From Puniceicoccales bacterium (GTDB taxonomy: Bacteria > Verrucomicrobiota > Verrucomicrobiia > Opitutales > UBA9783), in contig JAIRMU010000001.1 of the NCBI GenBank assembly GCA_031258545.1, positions 1,717 through 65,716 on the forward strand: a stretch of DNA of 64,000 bases, in the 5' to 3' direction. The translations under genes and the position numbers were made by a program. The notes beneath the pieces are model-generated. The model saw only the letters and a program-made list of their open reading frames with translations, had not been told where the DNA came from and made no database searches. The first letter of the stretch is position 1. Every line of letters begins with the position of its first letter. Positions 20,301-28,572 of this stretch are shown here, in pieces.

Positions 20301-20454
20301 CATCGCACTCGGATTTGGGGCCGATGGGGCATCCCGCATTTCTTTGGGACTCAGCGTGGTGGGTGGACTCATATTTGCTCAAGTCCTGACGCTGTTTATT
20401 ACACCTGTCGTATATTTGGGAATGAATCGTTTTTGCAAGGTACAATTGGACTAA
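17341..20454 (+). CDS. RND inner-membrane efflux transporter (AcrB/HAE1-like)
   Basis: 1037 aa, 12-TM pseudo-repeat architecture, FIRRPIATILL N-terminus and LAIGFLVDDAIV motif. Confidence 0.9.
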   Translation: MKSICDPFIRRPIATILLTLSVTFLGIACYQKLPVGALPNVDYPVINVSASFPGMNPEMVANAIASPLEKEFMEIDGLTEVLSESRLGFTSLTLNFNLDKSIDAAAMDVQAAITRASSKLPNDIPSSPTYRKKDPNSDPIFFLGLISNSLTSGALYDYAKTKIAQLINKVEGVSQVQVYGIPKAVRIHLDLRKLKVLGLSVEDITHAVQKNSLMLSMGKFKGATHTLTLTSNGQLDQSKDYGDIVVRETKGRPVYLKDIAKCEDALENDDFLATFWGEDAQNFDTNIMLAVSQAPGANTVEVSQRIKAILPDLYKSLPPSVKLIPIYDKSKSILDSINEVKETIFIAFLLVSIVIFLFLGRARETLIPVVAMPLSLLITCTVMHGLGYSLDNLSLMALTLAIGFLVDDAIVFLENVVRHMEAGLGPLEAAFKGAREISFTILSMTFSLMATFLPIIFMDGQMGRIFREFSVTIVVAIFASGLVSLTVTPVMCARFLKKHNLDEKTCVERFANSLEHTFIGWYRQRLQWFFQHRWISWWAWTLCIVIMISLFISIPKTFLPTGDSSAIMGMFMAQTGTSPQQMHQYQHKVREVLSKHPAVKYTLNVSGIGDFMAGNQGIAIIMLKAPKERTSIRGNKDVSIAAIAQELQGMLFQVPGILPLMRPMPVLNIQTSSADGKRGKYVYTLTGMDTQKVYAMANILKEAFYQIPGIDPSSINSNVELNNPQLFINYNRNRLFQFGLTPLSLESTLKEAYSMNYAYLIKGDYEQYQVLVSAQDQQRTGAEDLSLLSVPNTSGKVVPIDTLINIQEKIGPTSVFHKNNFPSASIFFNLKGNAALGTTVKQVEEVAQKHLSTDIQGELGGESKEFLSSIRSLSWSLLLAVFVMYVVLGCLYEHWIHPLTVLSTIPVALAGGLLTVRMFNTDFSLYTFIGLFMLMGIIKKNGIILIDFAVEKERIGKTSEEAIMEACCERFRPILMTTVSTIFGILPIALGFGADGASRISLGLSVVGGLIFAQVLTLFITPVVYLGMNRFCKVQLD

Positions 20455-20457
20455 ACG

Positions 20458-21546
20458 ATGTCAAAGGGCAAGATTCTGGTTGCCTTATCGGGGGGAGTGG
20501 ATAGCGCTGTATCCGCATATCTATTGAAAAAAGCAAAGTACCATGTGCACGGAATATTTTTCCGGTCTTGGCAGAACGAAACGGAACTTTGGAAAGCGTG
20601 TCCATGGAAAGAAGATTTAGCGTCTGCACAGGCAGTTGCCAATCACCTCGCCATTCCTTTTGAAGTTGTTAATTTTATTGAAAACTATCGACAACAAGTG
20701 GTGAATTACCTCATTGAAGGCTATCGGTCCGGACAAACCCCTAATCCAGACATCATGTGCAACCGTTATATTAAATTCGGTGCCCTCGTTGAGCACATGC
20801 AAAAAAATGGATTTGATGGTATGGCAACGGGTCATTATTGCAAAAAAAAAGTACATGCAAATACGTTTTCCGTTCATGAAGGCTCCGATAAAAATAAAGA
20901 TCAGAGTTATTTTTTATGTTTGGTAAAAAAAGAAAACCTGGAGAAAGTTTTATTCCCCCTAGGTTATAGAACCAAGAAGGCCGTTCGTACGATCGCACAA
21001 AATATTCGATTGCCCAATGCTTTGCGAAAAGATAGTCAAGGCATATGTTTTTTAGGGAGTAAAAAAACCAACATTCACCATTTTCTCGAACAATATTTAC
21101 CTCGTAAGCCAGGAGAGGTGGTTGATCTCAAAGGGAATGTCCTTGGTACACACCGAGGGTTACATTTTTTTACCATTGGGCAAAGGAAGGGAATCCGTCT
21201 TCCGTCCAACAAAGATGACGAACATTATGTGGTAATTTCTAAGGATTACGCACACAATCGTTTGGTAGTCGGGTTTGATCATGCAAATGTGCAAGGGCTT
21301 TATCAACAGGATGCCCAGGTGAATTCTTTGAATTTTTTAGAAGCAAAACCTGCGCCTGGAGAACGATTATTGGCCAAACCGCGCTATCGAGACGCATCGC
21401 AAAATATTACTTGGCAATGGTTGGAGGCATCGTGTGCTGCAATACACTTCGACCAACCGCAACGTGCACTGGCCGTCGGACAGGTCGTCGCTTTCTACAG
21501 AGGCACCTGCCTGATAGGTGGCGGTATTTACAGTCATTTAAGATAA
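20458..21546 (+). CDS. mnmA: tRNA 2-thiouridine(34) synthase
   Basis: PP-loop ALSGGVDSAV, NPDIMCN and DSQGICFLG motifs. Confidence 0.9.
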   Translation: MSKGKILVALSGGVDSAVSAYLLKKAKYHVHGIFFRSWQNETELWKACPWKEDLASAQAVANHLAIPFEVVNFIENYRQQVVNYLIEGYRSGQTPNPDIMCNRYIKFGALVEHMQKNGFDGMATGHYCKKKVHANTFSVHEGSDKNKDQSYFLCLVKKENLEKVLFPLGYRTKKAVRTIAQNIRLPNALRKDSQGICFLGSKKTNIHHFLEQYLPRKPGEVVDLKGNVLGTHRGLHFFTIGQRKGIRLPSNKDDEHYVVISKDYAHNRLVVGFDHANVQGLYQQDAQVNSLNFLEAKPAPGERLLAKPRYRDASQNITWQWLEASCAAIHFDQPQRALAVGQVVAFYRGTCLIGGGIYSHLR

Positions 21547-21599
21547 GTAAAGCTTTTTTGAGGGGTTGTGACCTGATATTCCATATTGGGCTTATGAAT

Positions 21600-21615
21600 T
21601 GGCATTTAACTTGCT
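21600..21615 (+). promoter_or_regulatory. candidate sigma-54 (-24/-12) promoter
   Basis: TGGCAT-TTAAC-TTGCT against the consensus TGGCAC-N5-TTGCW, with exact GG-to-GC spacing. It is intergenic and correctly oriented, 0-90 nt upstream of the possible starts of the kinase gene. Confidence 0.5.
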
Positions 21616-21627
21616 TTGTCGCCAGGC

Positions 21628-23070
21628 ATGGTAATTACAAATGATCCACATATTCACACTCCAGCTGCAGACAATTCAGGGCTACCAACCAATACTATTG
21701 GGAAGACCATGAATGGGAGAACGGCAGAAATAAATCAAAAAATATCAACAAATATTGCTCAAAAAACTAAAGGATTTTCTGCATTTTTAAACAATGTTTT
21801 TACATTGGGGCAACGCAATGTGGCTCTCAAAACTCTTGCGACTTCTATAAACACAGGTCAACTTCTTGATCCAAAATATGAAAAATATTTACCCCAAAGT
21901 ACATTGTCGCTCTACAAACAGCTCAAAGTAGCAGTCGAAGATGGTAATACTTTAAGATCTCTTTGGGATAACCGCAATCCTATTCCATTGGGCGCAGGTG
22001 GATTTGGAGAAGTTTATGGTAGTTCCGATGGCAAGTACGTTTTTAAAAAAATGAAAGCTATTGCCGATGCTGACGACATTGAAAGTGAAATCAGCGCTAA
22101 CAAAATTCTTATGTCTGGAATGCAAACGATGCAGCAGTCTTCGGAAGCTTTTTATACGCAAAGCGTGGATTTTGTTACCGCATACAAAGGTGTTTTCAAT
22201 TTGGAGGGTGAAGATGTTATTGTGTTTGAAAGAGCTCCAGGATCAGAGATGGGAAAATATTTAGGAGACAACTCCATCAGGAATAGCAATGATCTTACGG
22301 TACATTCCAGAATGTGTGCAGAATTTGCCAACAGTATTGCCGTTACGCACAAAGCTGGCCTCGTTCACCGCGATATAAAACCTGAAAATGCGATGGTACA
22401 TGTGGCTCCCGATGGTATTGTAACCACTAAATTAATTGATCAAGGGGAGGCGTGCCAAAACACAGATAAAAACAAATTGTCACGACGTGCGGGTACATCT
22501 AATTTTATGGCTCCCGAATATCTAAAATTACCCCGTATTATTTCCAGTGCAGTGGATGTTTATGCATTGGGAATAACACTTGTGAATAATTTTTTTAACA
22601 AAGCACCCATCCAAGATTTCGTTTCAGATGGATTTTGGAAAGAAGACAACCCATTGTCGGCTGACGAGGTTAAAACAATTAATACCAAAATACAACAATA
22701 TGCTCCCGGTTGTGATATTGCATCTTTTAATCGGCAAAATTTCTTTGAAAAAATACTGGCAAACCCTGAAAAATATAAACCTTTATTTGATCAAAACAAT
22801 GTGTACTCGACGGACCAATTTCAATTTCTTTGCGGACTCATCAGGGACTGCGTTAATCCTGATCCGGCGGCTAGACCTTCGGCGGCGCAAGTCGGATATT
22901 GTTTAGAATTTTTTGCGGCCTGCATGGACGATAATGCCAGAATTGAAGCGCATAATGCAAAGCCAGAAAACAGAGATAATCAGCTCGAAAAAGTTACGAT
23001 ACCTCCCTATCAAGACATCATGGCATTGGCTAAAGAGGATAGACCTGTCAAACAAGAGCAACCTGCTTAA
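21628..23070 (+). CDS. eukaryotic-like (Hanks-type) Ser/Thr protein kinase, soluble
   Basis: Gly loop GAGGFGEVYG, Lys YVFKKMK, catalytic loop HRDIKPEN, DFG variant DQG, and APE (FMAPEY). No TM or sensor domain. The start is ambiguous (TTG 21616, ATG 21628, ATG 21709). Confidence 0.8.
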   Translation: MVITNDPHIHTPAADNSGLPTNTIGKTMNGRTAEINQKISTNIAQKTKGFSAFLNNVFTLGQRNVALKTLATSINTGQLLDPKYEKYLPQSTLSLYKQLKVAVEDGNTLRSLWDNRNPIPLGAGGFGEVYGSSDGKYVFKKMKAIADADDIESEISANKILMSGMQTMQQSSEAFYTQSVDFVTAYKGVFNLEGEDVIVFERAPGSEMGKYLGDNSIRNSNDLTVHSRMCAEFANSIAVTHKAGLVHRDIKPENAMVHVAPDGIVTTKLIDQGEACQNTDKNKLSRRAGTSNFMAPEYLKLPRIISSAVDVYALGITLVNNFFNKAPIQDFVSDGFWKEDNPLSADEVKTINTKIQQYAPGCDIASFNRQNFFEKILANPEKYKPLFDQNNVYSTDQFQFLCGLIRDCVNPDPAARPSAAQVGYCLEFFAACMDDNARIEAHNAKPENRDNQLEKVTIPPYQDIMALAKEDRPVKQEQPA

Positions 23071-23111
23071 TATCACATATGTTGGCCCCAGCAGTTTCCT
23101 ACTAAAGCTGA

Positions 23112-25244
23112 CTAAGGCGTATGTGACACAATGACTTGCTCATCTTGATGGTCGATCTTTACATGGGCGCCCTCGGACAATTCTCCTGCGATGATCTTAC
23201 GCGCCATCACATCGCAGACATGTTTTTGAATGGCCCTTTTTAAGGGACGCGCACCGTAAACGGGATCATAACCTATTTCGCACAACCATGCCTTGAGCGG
23301 ATCGCCAAAGATGATGGAAATCTTTTTTTCTTCTAGTCTCTTGGCAAGGTCTTGCAGCTGAATGTCTACAATGCCTCGCATCTCCTGCGTAGACAAGTTG
23401 TTGAAAACCAGTATCTCGTCCAGTCGATTGAGCAGCTCGGGCCTAAAACTTGCCCTTACAATTTTCATCACCTCCGCGTGTACCGATGCTTTAGATAGAG
23501 ATGCGTTAAGGAAAAATTCCGAACCTAGATTGGAGGTTAAGATGATGATAGTGTTCTTAAAATTGACGTTGCGGCCCAAGCCATCCGTTAAATGGCCTTC
23601 ATCCAATACCTGCAGTAAAATGTTGAAAACATCGTTGTGAGCTTTCTCAACTTCATCCAACAACACAACGGAATAGGGACGTCTTTTGACCGCTTCCGTC
23701 AATTCACCTCCCTGTTCGTATCCAACATATCCCGGAGGTGCTCCAATGAGTCGAGATACGGCATGCTTTTCCATGTATTCCGACATATCGATTCGAATCA
23801 TGTTATTTTTATCGTCGAATAAAAATTGAGCCAGTGCCTTCGACAATTCCGTTTTGCCAACACCCGTTGGACCTAAAAATAAAAACGAGCCTATGGGCTT
23901 ACGCGGATCCGCAATGCCGGCTCTTGATCTTCGAATACAATCGGCCACGGTATTTACAGCTTGATCTTGTCCAACAACGCACTCCTTGAGTTTTGATTCC
24001 ATCGTCAACAGGCGTTCTTTTTCCCCCACAAGCATTTTTTCAACGGGAATACCTGTCCAACGAGACACCACGGTTGCAATATCATCTTCCGTTACCTCAT
24101 GGTGCTTGTGAGTTAGGTGTTCGTCCTTTTGGAGTGCTTGTAATCGCTTCTGCAATGCGGGAAGTTTGCTGTATAGCATTTCGCCCGCTCTGGCAAAATC
24201 GGCATTACGTTGGGCAATTTCGGCATTATTTTTGGTTGCTTCAATTTGACCCTTGATGCGCTTTATTTCCTCGATACTCTTTTTCTCTAAATTCCATCGC
24301 GCGTTAAGCTCGGCGGACTGTTTACCCAAAGTCTCAAGCTCGGCCTGAATCTTTGCAAGCCTCTCTTTAGACGCGTTGTCCGACTCTTTTTTCAAAACTT
24401 CCTGTTCAATCTTCAACTGTATGATTTTACGGTCTAGCTCATCGATTTCTTCCGGTTTTGAATCCATGGTCATCTTCAGACGACTTGCCGCTTCATCCAT
24501 GAGATCAATGGCCTTATCCGGCAAAAACCGATCGCTTATGTACCGATGCGAGTAAGTGCAGGCGGCAATGACAGCCGCATCACTAATTCTGACACCATGA
24601 TGCAACTCGTATTTTTCCTTGAGACCCCTCAAAATTGAAATCGAATCCAGTACGCTCGGTTCGCTCACAAATACGGGTTGAAATCGCCTCGCAAACGCAA
24701 AATCTTTTTCAATGTATTGACGATATTCGTTCAAAGTCGTTGAACCTATGCAACGCAGTTCTCCCCTTGCCAAAGCAGGTTTTAGCATATTGGAGGCATC
24801 CATGGCACCATCCATTTGCCCGACTCCCATAAGTGCATGAATTTCGTCGATGAATAAGATAACGTCGTTATGTTCAGAAACTTCCTTCAAAACCGCTTTT
24901 AACCGCTCTTCGAATTCTCCGCGATACTTGGCTCCGGCAATTAATAACCCCATGTCCAATGCCATGACTTTTTTATCTTTAATGGAATCCGGAACATCAC
25001 GATTGATAATCCGGCAGGCCAATCCTTCCGCAATGGCCGTCTTACCTACACCAGGCTCACCGATTAAAATGGGATTATTTTTTGTACGCCTCGACAATAC
25101 CTGAATGGTTCTTCGAATCTCCTCATCTCTGCCGATAACGGGATCCAATTTACCTTCATTGGCAAGTTGTGTGATATCTTTGGCATACTTGCCTAAAGCT
25201 TCAAAATTTGCTTTCGATTTACCTGCATCATTTACTTGATTCAT
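23112..25244 (-). CDS. clpB: ClpB-type AAA+ disaggregase lacking the N-terminal domain
   Basis: Two Walker A sites ([20 protein letters not shown]) and a long coiled-coil M-domain between them. The protein starts about 15 aa before NBD1, and an AAGGAGA SD precedes the ATG. Confidence 0.9.
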   Translation of the reverse strand: MNQVNDAGKSKANFEALGKYAKDITQLANEGKLDPVIGRDEEIRRTIQVLSRRTKNNPILIGEPGVGKTAIAEGLACRIINRDVPDSIKDKKVMALDMGLLIAGAKYRGEFEERLKAVLKEVSEHNDVILFIDEIHALMGVGQMDGAMDASNMLKPALARGELRCIGSTTLNEYRQYIEKDFAFARRFQPVFVSEPSVLDSISILRGLKEKYELHHGVRISDAAVIAACTYSHRYISDRFLPDKAIDLMDEAASRLKMTMDSKPEEIDELDRKIIQLKIEQEVLKKESDNASKERLAKIQAELETLGKQSAELNARWNLEKKSIEEIKRIKGQIEATKNNAEIAQRNADFARAGEMLYSKLPALQKRLQALQKDEHLTHKHHEVTEDDIATVVSRWTGIPVEKMLVGEKERLLTMESKLKECVVGQDQAVNTVADCIRRSRAGIADPRKPIGSFLFLGPTGVGKTELSKALAQFLFDDKNNMIRIDMSEYMEKHAVSRLIGAPPGYVGYEQGGELTEAVKRRPYSVVLLDEVEKAHNDVFNILLQVLDEGHLTDGLGRNVNFKNTIIILTSNLGSEFFLNASLSKASVHAEVMKIVRASFRPELLNRLDEILVFNNLSTQEMRGIVDIQLQDLAKRLEEKKISIIFGDPLKAWLCEIGYDPVYGARPLKRAIQKHVCDVMARKIIAGELSEGAHVKIDHQDEQVIVSHTP

Positions 25245-25343
25245 ATCAACCGTCTCTCCTTATTCTCTTATGAATGTTGTCAAATATCAAACCGTAAGGA
25301 TATACGAAAACTTACTGGGTTAAGCAACTTTCTTTTAAACTAT

Positions 25344-25817
25344 TCATGTCTTCGCCAACTGCAGCAAATATGCAGCGATGGAAGGGATACAAAGCAATAT
25401 ATGTTCAAAAACCTGCATATACGTATTTTCATCGCCGGAAAACGGATCAAGAATTTCTTTGCCGTCCAGCCATTGACTCATGAGAAATGTTTTACCCGAA
25501 GGTGCAGAAAATTGATCTTTTAAACAATCTAAATGCTCCTGTGTCATCGTTAAAATTACATGGGATGCGTGTACGGACGACGACGTTAGTGCGGTAGACC
25601 TATGCATGGACAAATCCAAATGGTATTCGCGCGCAACCTCGAGCGCTAAAATGGATGCCGGTCGGCCTTCACGGGCGTAAATCCCCGCCGATCTCACTAA
25701 AAAATAATCTTCCTGCTGCGGATAATTCTTTTTTATAAAGTCTTCCAAAGCCACTGCAGCGAAAGGGCTGCGGCACGTGTTGCCGGTGCATACAAATAAA
25801 GGTTTAATTAAGTTCAT
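25344..25817 (-). CDS. low-molecular-weight protein-tyrosine phosphatase (or ArsC-like)
   Basis: CX5R(S) P-loop VCTGNTCRSP at the N-terminus and a DP loop (ILDPFSG) near the C-terminus. Confidence 0.85.
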   Translation of the reverse strand: MNLIKPLFVCTGNTCRSPFAAVALEDFIKKNYPQQEDYFLVRSAGIYAREGRPASILALEVAREYHLDLSMHRSTALTSSSVHASHVILTMTQEHLDCLKDQFSAPSGKTFLMSQWLDGKEILDPFSGDENTYMQVFEHILLCIPSIAAYLLQLAKT

Positions 25818-26836
25818 TGCCTAAATAATTGCGGGACTTTGTATGTTTGGGTATCCAACAGCCAGTTATCCTGCGTGAGTGCACAATAGAAGGAAACATC
25901 TTTGACATCGTCTTTAATTGTGACGGCAGGGAATATGGAATGTCTCACATCCCATGTTCTTTTTACACCATCCAAATAAGTGGGATTGCATACGATATAT
26001 TCGCCTCGACGCAATGGAGCTTCCATTTCCTGAGGGATTGACTGCCCAATTTCGTCCTTTAAATCCAATAAATTTGCCCGATGTTGATCTTGATTTTGGA
26101 CGAACAAAATCCTCGAAATACCCTCTTTATCCAACAATAGGTAACTGCCTACGGGGTCCAGCAAATAATATTCTACAATGTCATAATTTTTTAATAAATT
26201 TTCAAAAAACGTTTGAAATTGCAAATAATAAACCGCAAGAGGAAACTGAGGTCGACTGCCTACGGCTTCAATAATTGTTTTTGTAATCTGCTGAAAATAG
26301 GCTCTTTGCGCTTTCGTGAGTATCTGCACAATATTTTCAAAATCACTTATTTCTTGCTTACGCACAAATCGCTGGATGAAACCTTCGTTGAAAGCCTTGA
26401 TTACAAAATCATGTTCCAATTGCCCCGTAAGAAGAATTTTTTGAATATTTTTATCTCCAATGGCCTTGCAAAAATCAATGCCCGTACCTTGATCCCCCAA
26501 ATCGTAATCGGCAACAATCACAGAAATTTGAGATAAACGATTAGGATTGTACGCTACACGATGCAAATCGAACACGTTGACCGTCAGGGCATAATTATTG
26601 ATTTGAAATGTGTCTAAACGCTTTAGCAGGTGCGCAAATAGTTCCTGCCGATGGGTCATTTGATCGCTTGCATGGATGTAATTTAAAGCTTCACTTGCAT
26701 TGGAAAATAGTTTAAAAAAAACGGGCAAATGGGATTGCTGAAAAAATAATTCCAGCATCTGGAGATAGGATTGACTATCGTCCAGAAAAACAACTTCGGT
26801 TGGATAACAGCAACACGGTAGACATTCGGCCAACAT
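25814..26836 (-). CDS. orphan response-regulator receiver protein with uncharacterised ~200-aa C-terminal domain
   Basis: Receiver signatures are the acidic pair VVFLDDSQ, the putative phospho-Asp in VIVADYDLGDQGTG, the T in KILLTGQ and the K in RFVRK. The C-terminal half matches no motif I recognise. ATGA overlap with the downstream PTP gene. Confidence 0.6.
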   Translation of the reverse strand: MLAECLPCCCYPTEVVFLDDSQSYLQMLELFFQQSHLPVFFKLFSNASEALNYIHASDQMTHRQELFAHLLKRLDTFQINNYALTVNVFDLHRVAYNPNRLSQISVIVADYDLGDQGTGIDFCKAIGDKNIQKILLTGQLEHDFVIKAFNEGFIQRFVRKQEISDFENIVQILTKAQRAYFQQITKTIIEAVGSRPQFPLAVYYLQFQTFFENLLKNYDIVEYYLLDPVGSYLLLDKEGISRILFVQNQDQHRANLLDLKDEIGQSIPQEMEAPLRRGEYIVCNPTYLDGVKRTWDVRHSIFPAVTIKDDVKDVSFYCALTQDNWLLDTQTYKVPQLFRQ

Positions 26837-26844
26837 AATGTAAA

Positions 26845-27300
26845 TTATTCAAAAACTTCACTCTTTGTAAAAAACCTTGCAATTTCTTTGACGGCAGTTT
26901 CTGGACTGTCGGATGCATGCGCTATATTTCTTGACTTATCTTGACCAAAATCTCCCCGAATCGTTCCTTTGGGAGCTATGGACGAATCCGTGGGACCTAG
27001 TAAATCGCGTGTGACCGCAATCGCATTTTCTCCACCAAGAATCAGTACCAGTACCGGACATTCCATCATGTAACTCACAATGCTCGGGAAAAAAGGTTTA
27101 TCCGTCAAAAAGTCGTAATGTTCTCGCAGCAAAGATTCCTGTAAACGTATCATTTTGCAGGCCACTAAAGATAATCCTGCCTTGGCGAATTTTTCCATCA
27201 CCGTGCCGGCCAAATTTTTTTGCATACAATCCGGCTTAAGAATGACCAAAGTTCTTTCAATCATGAAGTTCACTCTAGGTTTCATAAATACGTTTGTCAA
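26845..27300 (-). CDS. ndk: nucleoside diphosphate kinase
   Basis: ERTLVILKPD, the GTIRGDFG loop, and the active-site His in NIAHASDS. The likely true start is the ATG at 27264 (MIERTL). Confidence 0.9.
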   Translation of the reverse strand: MTNVFMKPRVNFMIERTLVILKPDCMQKNLAGTVMEKFAKAGLSLVACKMIRLQESLLREHYDFLTDKPFFPSIVSYMMECPVLVLILGGENAIAVTRDLLGPTDSSIAPKGTIRGDFGQDKSRNIAHASDSPETAVKEIARFFTKSEVFE

Positions 27301-27498
27301 TGCCTAGTCGCATTTACGTATTAAAATAATTTGTCTACGGTATAATACGCATCGTACTTGGATTACCAATGCTGAATAAATTTTGTCATTCCCTCACAAA
27401 AACCACTTAAAAATAGTCGTCATTGTACGCACGCATTATCTCTTTTTTGAATTTCCGTCTTGTTTTTTGAAAAATTTATTCAAACATAGTAGGCATCC

Positions 27499-28242
27499 AT
27501 GAAAAAATTGACGGATAAAGTTGCTTTGGTGACGGGGGCGGGGCGCGGCATTGGAAAGGCTATTGCGGAACGCTTTGCCAAAGAAGGTGCCTACGTCATT
27601 TGCATCAGTCGAACGGCGGTTAATTGCCAACAGGTCGCCGAAGGTATTCGACAGCAGGGAAACAAGGCCGAAGCTTTTGCGGTGGATGTTTCATCTAAAA
27701 ATTCCGTCTATGACATTGCCAATCAAATTTTAAGTCGATACGAGGCGATCGATATTTTGGTAAATAACGCGGGTATTACGTGTGATAAATTATTTGTTAG
27801 AATGAAGGATGAAGACTGGGAACAAGTCCTCCTAACCAATTTATTCAGCACATTTTATGTGTGCAAATCCTTTATTCAACCCATGGTACAAAAACGTTGG
27901 GGACGCGTCATTAACATATCTTCCGTTGCGGGTATTACCGGTAATGCGGGGCAGGTGAACTATGCGGCCGCCAAAGCAGGTTTATTGGGTTTTACGAAAT
28001 CTTTGGCAAAAGAATTGGCGGGACGCAATATTACAGTAAATGCCATTGCTCCTGGATTTGTTACCACCGACATGACACAAGGCTTGAATGAAACCATCCT
28101 AGAACAGGCAAAAACATGTATTCCGCTCAGGCGTTTCGGCCTTCCCGATGAGGTAGCCGCCATGGCCGTGTTCTTGGCTTCCGATGAAGCCAATTATATA
28201 ACGGGACAGGTGATGCGTGTGGATGGTGGTATGGTAATGTAA
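27499..28242 (+). CDS. fabG: 3-oxoacyl-ACP reductase
   Basis: TGAGRGIGKAIA cofactor motif, NNAG, and YAAAKAG catalytic motif. Confidence 0.9.
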   Translation: MKKLTDKVALVTGAGRGIGKAIAERFAKEGAYVICISRTAVNCQQVAEGIRQQGNKAEAFAVDVSSKNSVYDIANQILSRYEAIDILVNNAGITCDKLFVRMKDEDWEQVLLTNLFSTFYVCKSFIQPMVQKRWGRVINISSVAGITGNAGQVNYAAAKAGLLGFTKSLAKELAGRNITVNAIAPGFVTTDMTQGLNETILEQAKTCIPLRRFGLPDEVAAMAVFLASDEANYITGQVMRVDGGMVM

Positions 28243-28303
28243 AATCTTTGATCTTGATTTCCTTTAAAAAACCCTTACCGTGTAAAAATTAATTCTTTTT
28301 ATT

Positions 28304-28561
28304 ATGACAGAAACAATCGAACAAAGAGTGAAACGTGTTATAGCAAATACTTTCAGTGTCAAAGAAGAACAAGTGACGCCGGAAGCTTCCTTTACAAACG
28401 ATTTGAGCGCCGATTCTCTAGATCAAGTTCAATTAATTATGGACTTGGAAGAGGAATTTAAGGATTTAATAGAAGGCGAAATTCCGGAAGCGGATGCCGA
28501 AAAATTAAAAACCGTGGGTGAAGTTATCCAATACATTGTGGACAAAGCCAATAATAAGTAG
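28304..28561 (+). CDS. acpP: acyl carrier protein
   Basis: 85 aa, with the phosphopantetheine site [10 protein letters not shown]. Confidence 0.9.
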   Translation: MTETIEQRVKRVIANTFSVKEEQVTPEASFTNDLSADSLDQVQLIMDLEEEFKDLIEGEIPEADAEKLKTVGEVIQYIVDKANNK

Positions 28562-28572
28562 AATAAAGGCGC

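Noticed and set aside
23112-25244. ClpB as a 5'-truncated pseudogene
   Set aside because: The ORF is uninterrupted with all AAA+ motifs and has a strong SD at the correct distance. The upstream spacer shows no N-domain remnants in any frame. I treat it as a functional short form.
25344-25346. Possibility that TGA is reassigned, prompted by the UAA at the RF2 shift site
   Set aside because: TGA terminates at least two well-delimited genes here (the LMW-PTP and the receiver protein) at positions consistent with family lengths. RF2 is also intact, with its SPF motif.
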